64,000 bases of DNA from Actinomycetales bacterium (GCA_015655415.1 JAATFB010000025.1:5237-69236); one strand, 5' to 3'; shown: positions 29,581-40,077, numbered from the stretch's first letter. Notes: generated by a model from the letters alone, not told the origin. Translations and numbers: made by a program.

Positions 29581-30354
29581 TCATTCCGCCCCGAAGGCCG
29601 CGTGCGCTGCGCCGCGGGCGAAGTAGGTGCGCAGGCGGTAGCGATCCCCCGCGTACCGGATGGCCGACGCGAGGATCGGCCGTTCTGCGCGCGATCTCAC
29701 CAGCTGATGCATCACAAGCGTCGGCTCTCCGGCACGCACGCCGAGATGCCTGGCCACCTCGTCGGTCGCCGGCCTCGCCTCGATGGTCGTCTCGGCGTCG
29801 GCGAGGTCGAGGCCGGCCGATGCCAGCGTCTCGTAGAGCGACTCGACGCGGAAGTCGACGGCCTCGATGTCGGGGACGAGCACCTGGGGCACCAGGGACG
29901 AGTCGACGGCGATCGGGACGTCGTTCAGCATGCGCACCCGATCGAGCCGGAACACCGCGGCTCCCGGCGCGATCGCCAGCCTCTCCGCGTCGTCGATGCT
30001 CGCGGGAGACGGCGACGCCGCCAGCACGCTCGAAGTCGGCACGAGGCCCATCCGAGCAGCAGTCTCGCTGAACGACTCGAGGCTGTTGGGCCACTCGTTT
30101 CGGTCCTCGCCGGCGATGTACCAGCCTCGGCCGTGCGAAGCGCGGACCACGCCTTCATCGACCAGACGGCCGAGCGCCTTGCGCAGCGTCACCCGGCTGA
30201 TGCCCAGCCTGCGGCAGAGCTCGCGTTCCGGCGGCAGCCGCATGCCCGCTCGGAGTGCGCCCGCGGCGACCTGTTCGCGAAGCGAGTCGACCGCCTGGAT
30301 CCAGAGGGGGTCGGGATAGTCGACGCGGAAGCCGGATGCCGGCTGCTCCGTCAC
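29581..30354 (-). CDS. GntR family regulator, HutC/UTRA subfamily (paralog 1)
   Basis: LPPERELC..LGISRVTLRKAL..L..EG..HGRGWY; UTRA C-terminus ending YAGDRY. Confidence 0.92.
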   Translation of the reverse strand: MTEQPASGFRVDYPDPLWIQAVDSLREQVAAGALRAGMRLPPERELCRRLGISRVTLRKALGRLVDEGVVRASHGRGWYIAGEDRNEWPNSLESFSETAARMGLVPTSSVLAASPSPASIDDAERLAIAPGAAVFRLDRVRMLNDVPIAVDSSLVPQVLVPDIEAVDFRVESLYETLASAGLDLADAETTIEARPATDEVARHLGVRAGEPTLVMHQLVRSRAERPILASAIRYAGDRYRLRTYFARGAAHAAFGAE

Positions 30355-31388
30355 GACGGGGCCTGCACCTTCACCCAGCCGCCGGAGCGCATCGAGGCGT
30401 AGCAGGCGTCGATGATCCGGTTGACGACGAGCCCGTCGTCGAACGTCTCCAGTGGAGGCTCACCCGCGGCGAACCTCTCGACGAAGTGGCGCATCTCCTG
30501 ACTGAATCCATAGGCGCGTGTCTCCTCCGGGACCGGATAGACCCAGCCCGTGTCGGCGTCCGCCTTCTCCACTAGGTATCCCGCCGGCTTCTCGATGAAG
30601 CCCCAGACAGGCGTGTTCGACGTGTCGGTCACGATGCGCCCCGCGCTGCCCACGAACTCGTGCCGCAGCGCCATGCCGCCCTTCTCGATCCACGAGGACT
30701 CGATGGTGGCGAGCTGGCCTCCGGCGAACTTGAGCAAGGCCACGGCGGTGTCCTCTCCCGTCGTCTTGTGGGCGTGCACCATCGTGGCCCCCCAGGCGAA
30801 GACCTCCGTGACCGGGTTATCCTTGCCGAAGAAGTGCCGTGCGGACTCGACCGTGTGGCATCCCATGTCGAGAAGCGCCCCTCCCCCTGCGGTCTCGGCG
30901 TCCCAGAAGTGTGCGGCGTGCGGGCCGGAGTGCGCCTCGCGTGCTCGCATCGTGAGCACGTCGCCGATGGCACCGGCCGCGACCATCTCGTGCGCCTTCG
31001 CGATGTTCGGCGAGAAGACCGAACTCTCCGCGTATCCGTGCCAGACGCCGTGCTCGCGCACGATGCGCACCATCTCGGCAGCCTCGGCAGCCGTTCGCGC
31101 GAGAGGCTTCGTGCACACGATCGCCTTGCCGGCCCCGGCCGCGACGCGCACCGCGTCGACGTGCGCCTCGTTCGGCAGGGCGATGACGACCATGTCCACG
31201 TCCGCCCGTGCGCAGAGCTGCGCGATGTCGTCGTACTGCTCAGGTATCGACCACCGCTGGCCGAACTCGAGGGCTCGGCTCCGGTCGCGAGAGAAGTTCG
31301 CCACGACCTCGGCGTCTCGAACGTCGCGGAGGGCGTCTGCGTAGGTGTCGCTGATGAAGCCGGAGCCGAGCAGGCCGATTCGAATCAC
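30351..31388 (-). CDS. Gfo/Idh/MocA family oxidoreductase
   Basis: IGLLGSGFIS, IALPNEAH, CTKPL, HSGPH..FWD..GGGALLDMGCH. Confidence 0.9.
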   Translation of the reverse strand: MIRIGLLGSGFISDTYADALRDVRDAEVVANFSRDRSRALEFGQRWSIPEQYDDIAQLCARADVDMVVIALPNEAHVDAVRVAAGAGKAIVCTKPLARTAAEAAEMVRIVREHGVWHGYAESSVFSPNIAKAHEMVAAGAIGDVLTMRAREAHSGPHAAHFWDAETAGGGALLDMGCHTVESARHFFGKDNPVTEVFAWGATMVHAHKTTGEDTAVALLKFAGGQLATIESSWIEKGGMALRHEFVGSAGRIVTDTSNTPVWGFIEKPAGYLVEKADADTGWVYPVPEETRAYGFSQEMRHFVERFAAGEPPLETFDDGLVVNRIIDACYASMRSGGWVKVQAPS

Positions 31389-31432
31389 GCAGTCCTCCTG
31401 ATCGCTGGGGCGGGCAACTTCATGCTAGCGAT

Positions 31433-31456
31433 GTGGTCCGCTTATGGTCTACCACT
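31433..31456. promoter_or_regulatory. putative GntR-UTRA operator (TGGTCTACCA) near the minus-strand promoter
   Basis: GTGGTCC..ATGGTCTACCACT; minus-strand -10-like TAGCAT at 31422-31427. Confidence 0.5.
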
Positions 31457-31809
31457 TGACTTATTGGCCAGCTCCGGACAACTACCTCTTGCTACCTTAA
31501 GCTCGCCAAACGTATGCCTTCCGGCAACGCCGTCTGGCGTGTGCAGCCCTCGGACAACGAGTCGGGATCGTGTGGTCGCGGGCGAGTCTGGCCGGGGAGC
31601 CCGTGCCCGGCCGCTCTTCTCACCGCCGATCCAGATGACGTGCACCGACCGCGTGGCCGATCGCGGTCTCGGCGACGTGCGATCATGACCCCGATCCGCC
31701 CGCACACGTGGTGGCTCGTTGCGCACCCGACCCGAGGTCCGCGCCGTTCGTGGTCGATCCCAAGCGCCACCTCACCCGCCCGGGGTCGCCTCGGCTCGAT
31801 ACCGGATGG

Positions 31810-32571
31810 TCAGTGCGGCGAGCGCGCGAAATAGGTTCGCAGTCGGTACCTGTCGCCCGCGTACGTGATGGTCGAGACGAAGATCGGTCGACCGAGGGTG
31901 TTGGCCACCAGCTGACGCATCACGAGCACAGGGGCGCCGAGATCGATGTCGAGCTGTGATGCGAGGAAGGCATCCGCGCCCTTGGCCTCGATCGTCGCGT
32001 CGGCGCGCAACGGCTCGACACCGGCGGCGGCCAGCTGTTGGTACAGGGAGTCCACGGCGAAGTCGACCTTCGTCACGCCGGGGGCTATGCCCAGTGGAAG
32101 ACGCGTCACGTCCAGCGCGATAGGCACCTCGTTGAGCCGACGGATGCGCTCGAGGTGGAAGAGAGGCGTGCCCGGCGCAATGGACAGTTCCTCCGCCTCG
32201 TCGAGGCTGGCCGGCTTGGTCTCGGCCCGCAACACGGTCGACGACGGGACAAGACCCATGCGCGTCGCCGTCTCGCTGAACGATTCGAGGCTGTTGGGCC
32301 ATTCCTTGTTCACCGGCGCCTGAGCGACGTACCAGCCCCGGCCGTGCGAGGCGCTCAGCACACCGTCGTCGACGAGCTTTCCGAGCGCCTTGCGCAGCGT
32401 GACCCGAGAGATGTTGAGCTGCGCACAGAGCTCGCGCTCCGGTGGAAGGCGCATCCCCGGTTTGAGCACACCGCTGTCGATCTCGGCGAGGATGAGGTTG
32501 ACGGCCTGGATCCACAGCGGTTCGGGATAATCCGGCCTGATCGCGGGCACGGTCTGCCCTGTCTCCGTCAC
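31810..32571 (-). CDS. GntR family regulator, HutC/UTRA subfamily (paralog 2)
   Basis: Same wHTH (SRVTLRKAL) and UTRA as 29581-30354; start taken at the GTG of VTETGQT. Confidence 0.92.
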   Translation of the reverse strand: MTETGQTVPAIRPDYPEPLWIQAVNLILAEIDSGVLKPGMRLPPERELCAQLNISRVTLRKALGKLVDDGVLSASHGRGWYVAQAPVNKEWPNSLESFSETATRMGLVPSSTVLRAETKPASLDEAEELSIAPGTPLFHLERIRRLNEVPIALDVTRLPLGIAPGVTKVDFAVDSLYQQLAAAGVEPLRADATIEAKGADAFLASQLDIDLGAPVLVMRQLVANTLGRPIFVSTITYAGDRYRLRTYFARSPH

Positions 32572-32688
32572 AGCGAAAACCCCGCGTCTACCGATGGCAT
32601 GCCTATTTCCTACCACCCAGACCACGGTTCACCGTGACGCCCGCGCGCGGAGCCCTCGATCCGGACTCGCGAGCGGGGCCACGCGAGC

Positions 32689-33663
32689 TCATGCGGCCGG
32701 GGCCAGGGCGTCGAATGCCGCATCCACGTCGGGATCGACGGCGTGCGGGCCGGAGGCGTCGTAGTGTCGCATGATCTGCCGAGCGCCTTCGGACAAGGAG
32801 ATCCGCGGCGCGAAACCGGGTGCCAGCCTGGTCAGCTTCGCGGTATCGAACAGCATGGAATGCCTGAAGTCGTGCTCGAGCACCTCTGCCAGCCCCGGCA
32901 GGTGCCGCGCGATCGACTCGCTCGAGCGATGCACGAGACGAGGGCGGGGCACGCCTGCCGCCGCGGCGAGGGCCAGATGGATCTGGTCCCACGTCACGAT
33001 GTCACCGCTCACGATGTTCACGCTCTCGCCGACCGTGTGCTGATTTCCCAGGAGCGGGAGGAGTGCACGGGCGAAGTCCGAGGAGTGCATGAGCGTCCAC
33101 AACGAGGTGCCGTCGCCATGCACGACGACCGGGCGGCCGGCACGCATCCGTTCGATCGCGGTGGGGCCGGAGAGGAGCGGGAGGGTCGTCTCGTCATAGG
33201 TGTGGAAGGGCCGTGCGATGGTCACCGGCAACCCGCTGCGATAGGCCCGCTCCATCTCGTCCTCGCACGCGATCTTGCCGCGCGGGTAGCCGAAGTCGTT
33301 CTGCCTGCGCGGCGACGACTCGGTGATCGGAAGCTGCGGAACCGGCCTGGCATAGACCGAGCAGGTGCTGATCAGCACGTACTGGGCCGTCATGTCGATG
33401 AACAGGTCGCGATGTCCCGCCAGGTCGCGCGGCTCGAACGCCACCCAGTTGACCACCGAGTCGTAGGTCTCCCTCGCCAGGGCTTCGCGCAGTGCGGCGG
33501 CGTCCTTGACGTCGGTACGGATGCGACGCACCCCGTCGGGCATCGCGCGTCTCGGCTCGTTCCTGGTCACGATCGTGACGTCGTTCCCCTGCGCCACGGC
33601 CTCGCGCACGACCGCCGAGCCGATCATGCCCGCACCGCCGAGGAAGAGCAGTCGTGCACTCAT
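32689..33663 (-). CDS. NAD-dependent epimerase/dehydratase (extended SDR)
   Basis: FLGGAGMIG, ISTCSVY, YPRGK, RPFHTY, HGDGTSLWTL. Confidence 0.87.
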   Translation of the reverse strand: MSARLLFLGGAGMIGSAVVREAVAQGNDVTIVTRNEPRRAMPDGVRRIRTDVKDAAALREALARETYDSVVNWVAFEPRDLAGHRDLFIDMTAQYVLISTCSVYARPVPQLPITESSPRRQNDFGYPRGKIACEDEMERAYRSGLPVTIARPFHTYDETTLPLLSGPTAIERMRAGRPVVVHGDGTSLWTLMHSSDFARALLPLLGNQHTVGESVNIVSGDIVTWDQIHLALAAAAGVPRPRLVHRSSESIARHLPGLAEVLEHDFRHSMLFDTAKLTRLAPGFAPRISLSEGARQIMRHYDASGPHAVDPDVDAAFDALAPAA

Positions 33664-34442
33664 CGGTGCGCCTCCACATCTCGCCCGCCTATCGACAGGC
33701 CGGAGCCCACCAGGTGGTCGTAGCTGCGCCGGAGCGCCTCGAAGGTGTCCATGTGCAGCCGCTCGAGTTCGACGATGTGCCACTGCAGCCCGGACGGCAC
33801 GCTGAGGGCATCCGTCCAGTCGATGGTGCCGTCGCCTATCGGGACCATCACGTCGTCCTCGTAGCTGACGGCGGGGCCGTCTTTGATGTGCACGAGGCGG
33901 GCACGGTCTCCCAGCTGCGTCAGCAGGCGTGAGACGTCAGCACCACCCATGCGGGCCCAGTATGCGTCGATCTCGAGCACCACTCGCGGGTCAAGCGCAT
34001 CGAGCAGCACGTCGTAGGCGGGCCGCCCCTCGAAGCGATTCGCGAACTCCGCGAAGTGGTTGTGATAGGCGATCCGCATGCCTCTGGATGCGGCAGCCTC
34101 GGCCGCCTCGTTCACTCGCTGCACACCGCTCCGGATGCCGTCGACCGAGTCGAACTCTTCGCGCTCCATGCTCCAGACCAGGGTCGTCGCCCCGAGCTCG
34201 GCGTTCACGTCCAGGAGCTGCTCTGCCTCGGGCCCCGCCGGGAACGGGGTGTGTGCACTCGTCAGCTGCAGCCCGGATGCGGCGAGTGCCTCACGCACTC
34301 TGCCGGGTCCGTAGTGCTCGACGAGACCGTACGTCTCCATGCCGAGATAGCCCAGATCGGCCGCCTTGGCCAGCGTGCCTTCGAGGTCCTCCAGCGCAGG
34401 GACAAGGACCGTGTACGCCATCACTGCGATCGGGGCGCTCAC
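33660..34442 (-). CDS. sugar phosphate isomerase/epimerase (TIM barrel)
   Basis: AYHNHFAEF, LEIDAYW, HIKDGP, IGDGTIDW, IVE. Confidence 0.87.
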   Translation of the reverse strand: MSAPIAVMAYTVLVPALEDLEGTLAKAADLGYLGMETYGLVEHYGPGRVREALAASGLQLTSAHTPFPAGPEAEQLLDVNAELGATTLVWSMEREEFDSVDGIRSGVQRVNEAAEAAASRGMRIAYHNHFAEFANRFEGRPAYDVLLDALDPRVVLEIDAYWARMGGADVSRLLTQLGDRARLVHIKDGPAVSYEDDVMVPIGDGTIDWTDALSVPSGLQWHIVELERLHMDTFEALRRSYDHLVGSGLSIGGRDVEAHR

Positions 34443-35110
34443 GCGGCCACCTGCGCAGTCCACTGCATGGCCTGCCGCACGAGCGCCCGGAACGGGGGCT
34501 CGCCCCACGCTCGCATGTCGTGACCGAGCGCTATGTAGACGACACGCCCGGCGCCGTGCTCTCGCGCATAGACGACGGGGATCACGGCCCCGTCCTCCCT
34601 GTGCCGCTGAGCGAGCACGGTCACGTCGTCGTCGGCGAGCTCGAACTCGTAGTACTCGTCGAAGAGCTCGAAGTCGCTCAGGCCGGCGGTCACGGGATGG
34701 TCGGCGACGATCTCGATCCTGTGCCTGCCCTCGTGGTGACCCGGGCCGTGTGAAAGGTAGCGATTGCCGAGCAGCTCGAACATGACGCGGTCGGCCGGGT
34801 CGAGCCCATCGCCCTGCCAGCCGAGGATGTTCGCGCCGTGCACACCGACGAGCCCCTTTCCTGCGCGCACCGCTTCGGACAGCGCCTGCTGCTGCGTGGT
34901 GGCGAAGCCGCCGCCCGCCGTATAGAAGAGATAGGTGTCCGCCTCTGCCGTCTCGAGGCGCGGGTCGACGAAGCGATTGGTCCCCATCCCCTTGCGGGTG
35001 ACGAGTCCGGCCTCGATTCCGAGCTGCTGCAGCACTCCTGCAGCCGAGAGGAGGTCGTGGTGGATGTCGTCGCCGTTGACGATGACGAGGGCGTGTGAGT
35101 TGTGGGTCAT
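34439..35110 (-). CDS. ThuA-like domain protein
   Basis: GDDIHH, GKGLVGVH, LG..SH, HPVTAGL.DF..DEYY, GAGRVVYIALGHD. Confidence 0.83.
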   Translation of the reverse strand: MTHNSHALVIVNGDDIHHDLLSAAGVLQQLGIEAGLVTRKGMGTNRFVDPRLETAEADTYLFYTAGGGFATTQQQALSEAVRAGKGLVGVHGANILGWQGDGLDPADRVMFELLGNRYLSHGPGHHEGRHRIEIVADHPVTAGLSDFELFDEYYEFELADDDVTVLAQRHREDGAVIPVVYAREHGAGRVVYIALGHDMRAWGEPPFRALVRQAMQWTAQVAA

Positions 35111-35132
35111 GTTCTTCCGCAGACTGGTCGGG

Positions 35133-35170
35133 GCGCCGTGCGGGCGGACGCGTGTCCGCCCGCACGGCGC
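35133..35170. terminator. intra-operon hairpin downstream of the SBP gene (mRNA stabiliser or attenuator)
   Basis: Perfect 17-bp stem GCGCCGTGCGGGCGGAC-gcgt-GTCCGCCCGCACGGCGC. Confidence 0.65.
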
Positions 35171-35176
35171 ACATCA

Positions 35177-36838
35177 CTACGAGACGGGCTTGAGCTTCAG
35201 CGCGACGACAGGATTGGGGTAGGGAGCGAAGTAGGGGTTCGACTCCGAGGGGAATCCGGTCACCTTGGCCGTACTCCAGTCGCCATAGTTCCCCCAGTAG
35301 AACATCACGATCATCGGCAGCTGGTCGATCCAGATGCCCTCGATCTGGGCCAGGATCTTGTCCCGCTCCGCGTCGGTCGTGGCGAGCGGGTATTCGTTGA
35401 ACAGCCGCTTGGCGGTCGGGTCGTTGAACCGCTCGATGTTCTCGAACGTGGGCGTCGGCTCGCCGATCGGGTGATACTGGTTCGGATCCATCATGGCCTG
35501 ATAGATGTTGAACGCGCGCGGCGCCGGGCCCACCGGGTAGCCGATCGTCGAATCGAACTGGCCGTTGGCGGTGATCTTGTTGATGTCGTTGACGCTGGTG
35601 GTGTCGATGTCGAGCTTGATGCCGATGTCCTTCAGCTGCGACACCAGCACCTGGGCGCGAGCCGCGATGTCGGTGTAGGACGCGGGGAAGCTGACCGAGA
35701 ACTCGACCCGCTTGCCGGCCTTCTGGTAATAGCCGTCCCCGCCCTTCGCATAGCCGGCATCCGTGAGCTGCTTCTGGGCGGCGGCCCTGTCGTACTTGAA
35801 GTTGAGGTTCTTGTACTGCGGGGCGACCTCCGGCGCGAACGCCGGCATGGGAAGGCCGGTCTGGTTCGTCGCGGGCGGGGAATCCGTCGCCGCGCCCACC
35901 TGCTTGCGGTCGACACCGAGGCTGATGGCGCGCCGCACGGCGATGTCGCTGAGCGGCCACTTCTCCAGGTTCGGGATCAGACCGTCCGAGCCCACGACGG
36001 GAGCCCAGTAGTGGTTGTCCTTGCTCTTGGACGTGTACGTCTTCTCGGCGTCGGCGATGTAGGTTCCGCCCCAGTCCGCCTGCCCCTGGACGAGCGCGTT
36101 GGTCTGCCCCTGGTTGTCCTTGTACGGGATGAAGCGCAGTCCGCCGATCTTGGGCGCCCCCTGCCAGTAGTCCTTGTTGGCCTTCAGCACGAAGCTCTGC
36201 GGCGAGAAGGTGCTCAGCTCGAAGGGTCCGGTGCCGACGGGGTTCTTGTCGGCGTACTTCGTCGGATCCTTGACCTTGCTCCAGACGTGCTTGGAGACGA
36301 TGGCCGCAGAGACGATGGAGGTGAAGTCGATCTCGGACGGCGTCGCGAACGTCATGACCACGGTGTTCGGATCCTTCGCCGTGATCGTGTCGAACTCGAT
36401 GCCGCCGACGTTGAGCGCCGGATACTTCTTCAACATGTCGTAGGTGAAGACCACGTCGTCTGCACTGAAGGGCTTGCCGTCCGTCCACTTGACGCCGTGC
36501 TGGAGGTCGAGGGTCAGCGTCTTGTTCTCGTTCGACCACTTCCACGACTTGGCGAGCCAGGGTATGTCGTCGCCGATCTTCACGTTGTTGATCTGCACGA
36601 GCGGTTCGTAGATGAAGCCCCCGGACCCCTGGTTGGTGAAGGCCGCGCCCTGGGCGGTGTTGGGCAGATAGGGGTTGAAACTCTGCGTGAGCGAGTCCGA
36701 CTGACTCGCGACGTTGAGGATCAGGCCATCGTCCGATCCGCTTCCGCCGCTGGAACAGGCAGCGAGACCGGCGATCATCGCTCCTGCCACGGCGACGCTG
36801 ATCAGTCTCCGCGAACGCGGGACCCTTGCTTTTCGCAT
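35177..36838 (-). CDS. ABC transporter solute-binding lipoprotein, family 5 (Opp/oligosaccharide type)
   Basis: AAGGAG RBS; lipobox GLAAC; FNPY, IYEPL, PWLA, VKWTDGKPFSADDVVFT, PVGTGPF. Confidence 0.9.
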   Translation of the reverse strand: MRKARVPRSRRLISVAVAGAMIAGLAACSSGGSGSDDGLILNVASQSDSLTQSFNPYLPNTAQGAAFTNQGSGGFIYEPLVQINNVKIGDDIPWLAKSWKWSNENKTLTLDLQHGVKWTDGKPFSADDVVFTYDMLKKYPALNVGGIEFDTITAKDPNTVVMTFATPSEIDFTSIVSAAIVSKHVWSKVKDPTKYADKNPVGTGPFELSTFSPQSFVLKANKDYWQGAPKIGGLRFIPYKDNQGQTNALVQGQADWGGTYIADAEKTYTSKSKDNHYWAPVVGSDGLIPNLEKWPLSDIAVRRAISLGVDRKQVGAATDSPPATNQTGLPMPAFAPEVAPQYKNLNFKYDRAAAQKQLTDAGYAKGGDGYYQKAGKRVEFSVSFPASYTDIAARAQVLVSQLKDIGIKLDIDTTSVNDINKITANGQFDSTIGYPVGPAPRAFNIYQAMMDPNQYHPIGEPTPTFENIERFNDPTAKRLFNEYPLATTDAERDKILAQIEGIWIDQLPMIVMFYWGNYGDWSTAKVTGFPSESNPYFAPYPNPVVALKLKPVS

Positions 36839-36899
36839 CTGTGTGCTCCTTGTCGTGTGTTGCGGGAAGGTCGTGCTGATTGGTGTCTCGCTGTGGTGC

Positions 36900-38018
36900 T
36901 CAGAGCTCACCGTCGGGCACGGGTCGTCCTGCCCGACGGATCTCTCCTCTGCCGTACAGGTCGGCGTTCTGCGCCCGGCCCGCCGCGGCCTCGTCGTCGT
37001 CTGCGTAGAGCCAGCACCTGGCCCATTGCCCGTCGTCGACGGCGAACTTCGGTGGCGCCTCCTCGGAGCAGCGCGCCATCGCGAACGGACAGCGCGGATG
37101 GAACCGGCATCCGCTCGGAGGGTCGATCAGGCTCGGCGGCTGGCCGATGTCGCGCACGCGATTCTCCACGGCCCGCGATGGGTCAGGTGCGGAGGCGATG
37201 AGCAGCTGCGTGTAGGGGTGCGCGGCGTTCTGCGTGACCTGCTCCGAGTCGCCGTGCTCGACGAGCTGTCCCGCGTACATGACGGCCGTGTCCGCGGCGA
37301 AGTATCGGGCGGAGGCGATGTCGTGCGTCACGTAGAGCAGCGCGACCCGGCGCTCCTCGGTCAGCCTGCGCAGCAGATTGAGCACGCCGAGCCGGATCGA
37401 CACGTCGAGGCTCGAGACCGGCTCGTCGGCGAGGAACACGTCGGGATCGGCGGCGAGAGCGCGCGCGATGGAGATTCGCTGCAGCTGTCCGCCGGAGAGT
37501 TCGTGCGGATACTTCCGCGTGAACTGGGCCGCCGGCCGAAGGCTCACCTGGGCGAGCAGGTCCTCGATGATGGATCGCCGTTGCGCCGGCGACGCCGCCT
37601 TGTGGTGGATGCGCACGGCACGCAGCAGCGTTCGCGCGATCGTCGCCACCGGATTGAACGAGCCGAACGGATCCTGCAGGATCAGCTGCACGCGGCTGAC
37701 ATGGTCGCGGAACCGCTTGCCTCCCTTCGCGTCGACGACCTCGCCCCGATAGACGACCTCGCCGCCGGTGAGCGGATGCAAGGCTGCGAGCAGCCGAGCG
37801 AACGTGGACTTGCCCGAGCCCGACTCCCCGACCAGTGCGGTGATCCGCCCGGCGTAGAGCACGAGCGACACGTCGTCGACAGCGTGCACCACCCGTCTGC
37901 CGCGTCGTGTGAAGGGATTGCCTCGCACCACGAATTCCTTCGTGACATGACGTGCTTCGAGCACCGCGGCACCCGGTTCCGCCCGGTCGCGTGTGACGGT
38001 CATCTCGGCCGTGGTCAT
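36900..38018 (-). CDS. Opp-type ABC ATP-binding protein (OppF-like)
   Basis: [42 protein letters not shown]. Confidence 0.92.
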   Translation of the reverse strand: MTTAEMTVTRDRAEPGAAVLEARHVTKEFVVRGNPFTRRGRRVVHAVDDVSLVLYAGRITALVGESGSGKSTFARLLAALHPLTGGEVVYRGEVVDAKGGKRFRDHVSRVQLILQDPFGSFNPVATIARTLLRAVRIHHKAASPAQRRSIIEDLLAQVSLRPAAQFTRKYPHELSGGQLQRISIARALAADPDVFLADEPVSSLDVSIRLGVLNLLRRLTEERRVALLYVTHDIASARYFAADTAVMYAGQLVEHGDSEQVTQNAAHPYTQLLIASAPDPSRAVENRVRDIGQPPSLIDPPSGCRFHPRCPFAMARCSEEAPPKFAVDDGQWARCWLYADDDEAAAGRAQNADLYGRGEIRRAGRPVPDGEL

Positions 38019-40075
38019 CGTGCCTCCTCGATAAGCCGCTCGTCTGTCTCATGAACGGAGGCTCGGTCCGGTACCGTCCCGCCACCCTCGTACAGCAGAC
38101 AGGCGGCCTCCGCCTGTCGCCATTCGGCCTCCCCCGAGAGGGCGAAGAGCGGCGGCACGACTACCGTGCAACGATCGAACGCGAGAGGACAGCGCGGATT
38201 GAACGCGCATCCGCTGGGTGGATGCCGCAGATCGGGCGGCGATCCGGGGATGCCCGCCAGCTCGCGCTTCGGTCCCGAGAGTGTGGGGAACGACCCGAGC
38301 AGGCCCCTGCTGTAGGGATGCCGCGGGTTGCGATAGAACTCCTTCGCGTCTGCCAGCTCGACGACACGTCCCGCATACATGACGGCGATGGTGTCCGACA
38401 TCTCGATCAGCAGCGACAGGTCGTGCGTGATGAAGATCACGGAGAAGCCGAGCCTGTCCTTCAGCTCGATGATCTTCTCGACGATCTGGCGTTGGATCAC
38501 GACGTCGAGGGCCGTAGTCGGCTCGTCCATCACGATGATCTCCGGGTCGAGCGCGAGTCCGACCGCGATCATCGCGCGTTGCCGCATGCCCCCGGAAAGC
38601 TCGTGCGGATATGCGCCGGCGCGGTCGGTCTGGATGCCGACCAGGTCGAGCAGTTCGAGCACCCGTGCCGCACGCTCGCTCGCCGACATCGAAGGACGGT
38701 GCGCCGTGATGGCGTCCTCGATCTGCTTGCCGATGCTGAGGATCGGGTTCAGGGCGTGCATCGCGGACTGGAACACGATGGCGAGCTCCTCCCACCGGAA
38801 TCTCCGCAATTCCTCGTCGCCCATGGTGAGGATGTCGACCACGGTTCCGTCGTCGCGCTGGTAGAGCATCTCGCCCGCGCTGATCCAGGCGGGGGGCTTG
38901 TGCAGCCGGGTGATCGCGTGGGCGAGCGTGGACTTGCCGGAACCCGACTCACCCGCGATGCCGAGCACCTCGCCGCGTCGCAGCGTGAGCGTGACGTCGT
39001 TGACCGCCTTGGTGGTGGATCCTTCACCGACGTAGTCGACTTCGAGACCGTTGATCTGCAGAATGACATCGCCCGTCCGTCCTCCGGAGACGGACGCCCG
39101 CGCCTCGCGCCTGCTCCTGCGCGGCGCCTTGAGGCGCGTCGGTCGCACCTGAGCCCGCTGCGCCTTCCTGGTGCCGATGCCGGCCTGGCGCAGTCGCGGG
39201 TTGATGAACTCGTCGATTCCGAAGTTGACGAGCGACAGTCCGGTGCCCAGCAGCGCGATCGCCGCGCCGGCCGGAACGAACCACCACCAGGAGCCGGTGA
39301 GCAGCGCGCTGGAGACCTGAGCCCAGTAGAGAATCGTGCCCCACGACCACTCGGTGACATTCGTGAGCCCGAGGAATGCGAGGCTCGCCTGCGTGAGGAT
39401 GGCGCCGGTCACGGTGCCGAGGAACGACGCGGCGATGACGGCGACCTGGTTCGGGAAGATGTCACGGAAGATGATGCTCGTCGTTCGCTCGCCCGTGGCC
39501 CTGGCCGCCTCGACGAAGTCGCGTTTGCGCAGGGAGAGTGTCTGCGCCCTCAGGACCCTGGCTCCCCATGCCCAGCCAGTGATCGAGATCACCAGGATGA
39601 TCCCGAACGATCCGGTCTTCGGCAGATAGGCGGCGAGGATGACCGTGAGCGGCAGTGCGGGGATGACCAGGAAGATGTTCGCCAGGAGGGACAGGATCTC
39701 GTCCGAGATGCCGCCTAGATAGCCCGCCGCCAGCCCGACGACGACGGACAGAACGGTGGCGAACACCGCCGCCAGCACACCGACGATCATCGACACCTGC
39801 GTGCCATAGAGCATCTGCGACAGGATGTCCTGCCCGGTCTGAGTCGTTCCCAGCCAGTGCTCGGGACTCGGCGGCTGCAGCGTCGCCTTGCTCACCGACG
39901 ACGGGTCGTATGGTGCTATGAACGGCCCGATGATGGCGAGCACGCAGAAGATGGCGACGATGATGACGCCGGTGAGCGTCAACGGGCGGCGGAAGGCGCG
40001 CAGCCATCCGAATCGCGAGGAGACCACCGAGTCCGTGGACTCGACCTCCTGAACGGTGGCGACGTTGATGGCCAC
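38015..40075 (-). CDS. fused OppC-like permease / OppD-like ATPase
   Basis: N-half HWLGT..GQD, ARVLRAQ..FVEAARATG; C-half [27 protein letters not shown]; single frame. Confidence 0.88.
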   Translation of the reverse strand: MAINVATVQEVESTDSVVSSRFGWLRAFRRPLTLTGVIIVAIFCVLAIIGPFIAPYDPSSVSKATLQPPSPEHWLGTTQTGQDILSQMLYGTQVSMIVGVLAAVFATVLSVVVGLAAGYLGGISDEILSLLANIFLVIPALPLTVILAAYLPKTGSFGIILVISITGWAWGARVLRAQTLSLRKRDFVEAARATGERTTSIIFRDIFPNQVAVIAASFLGTVTGAILTQASLAFLGLTNVTEWSWGTILYWAQVSSALLTGSWWWFVPAGAAIALLGTGLSLVNFGIDEFINPRLRQAGIGTRKAQRAQVRPTRLKAPRRSRREARASVSGGRTGDVILQINGLEVDYVGEGSTTKAVNDVTLTLRRGEVLGIAGESGSGKSTLAHAITRLHKPPAWISAGEMLYQRDDGTVVDILTMGDEELRRFRWEELAIVFQSAMHALNPILSIGKQIEDAITAHRPSMSASERAARVLELLDLVGIQTDRAGAYPHELSGGMRQRAMIAVGLALDPEIIVMDEPTTALDVVIQRQIVEKIIELKDRLGFSVIFITHDLSLLIEMSDTIAVMYAGRVVELADAKEFYRNPRHPYSRGLLGSFPTLSGPKRELAGIPGSPPDLRHPPSGCAFNPRCPLAFDRCTVVVPPLFALSGEAEWRQAEAACLLYEGGGTVPDRASVHETDERLIEEAR

Positions 40076-40077
40076 GA

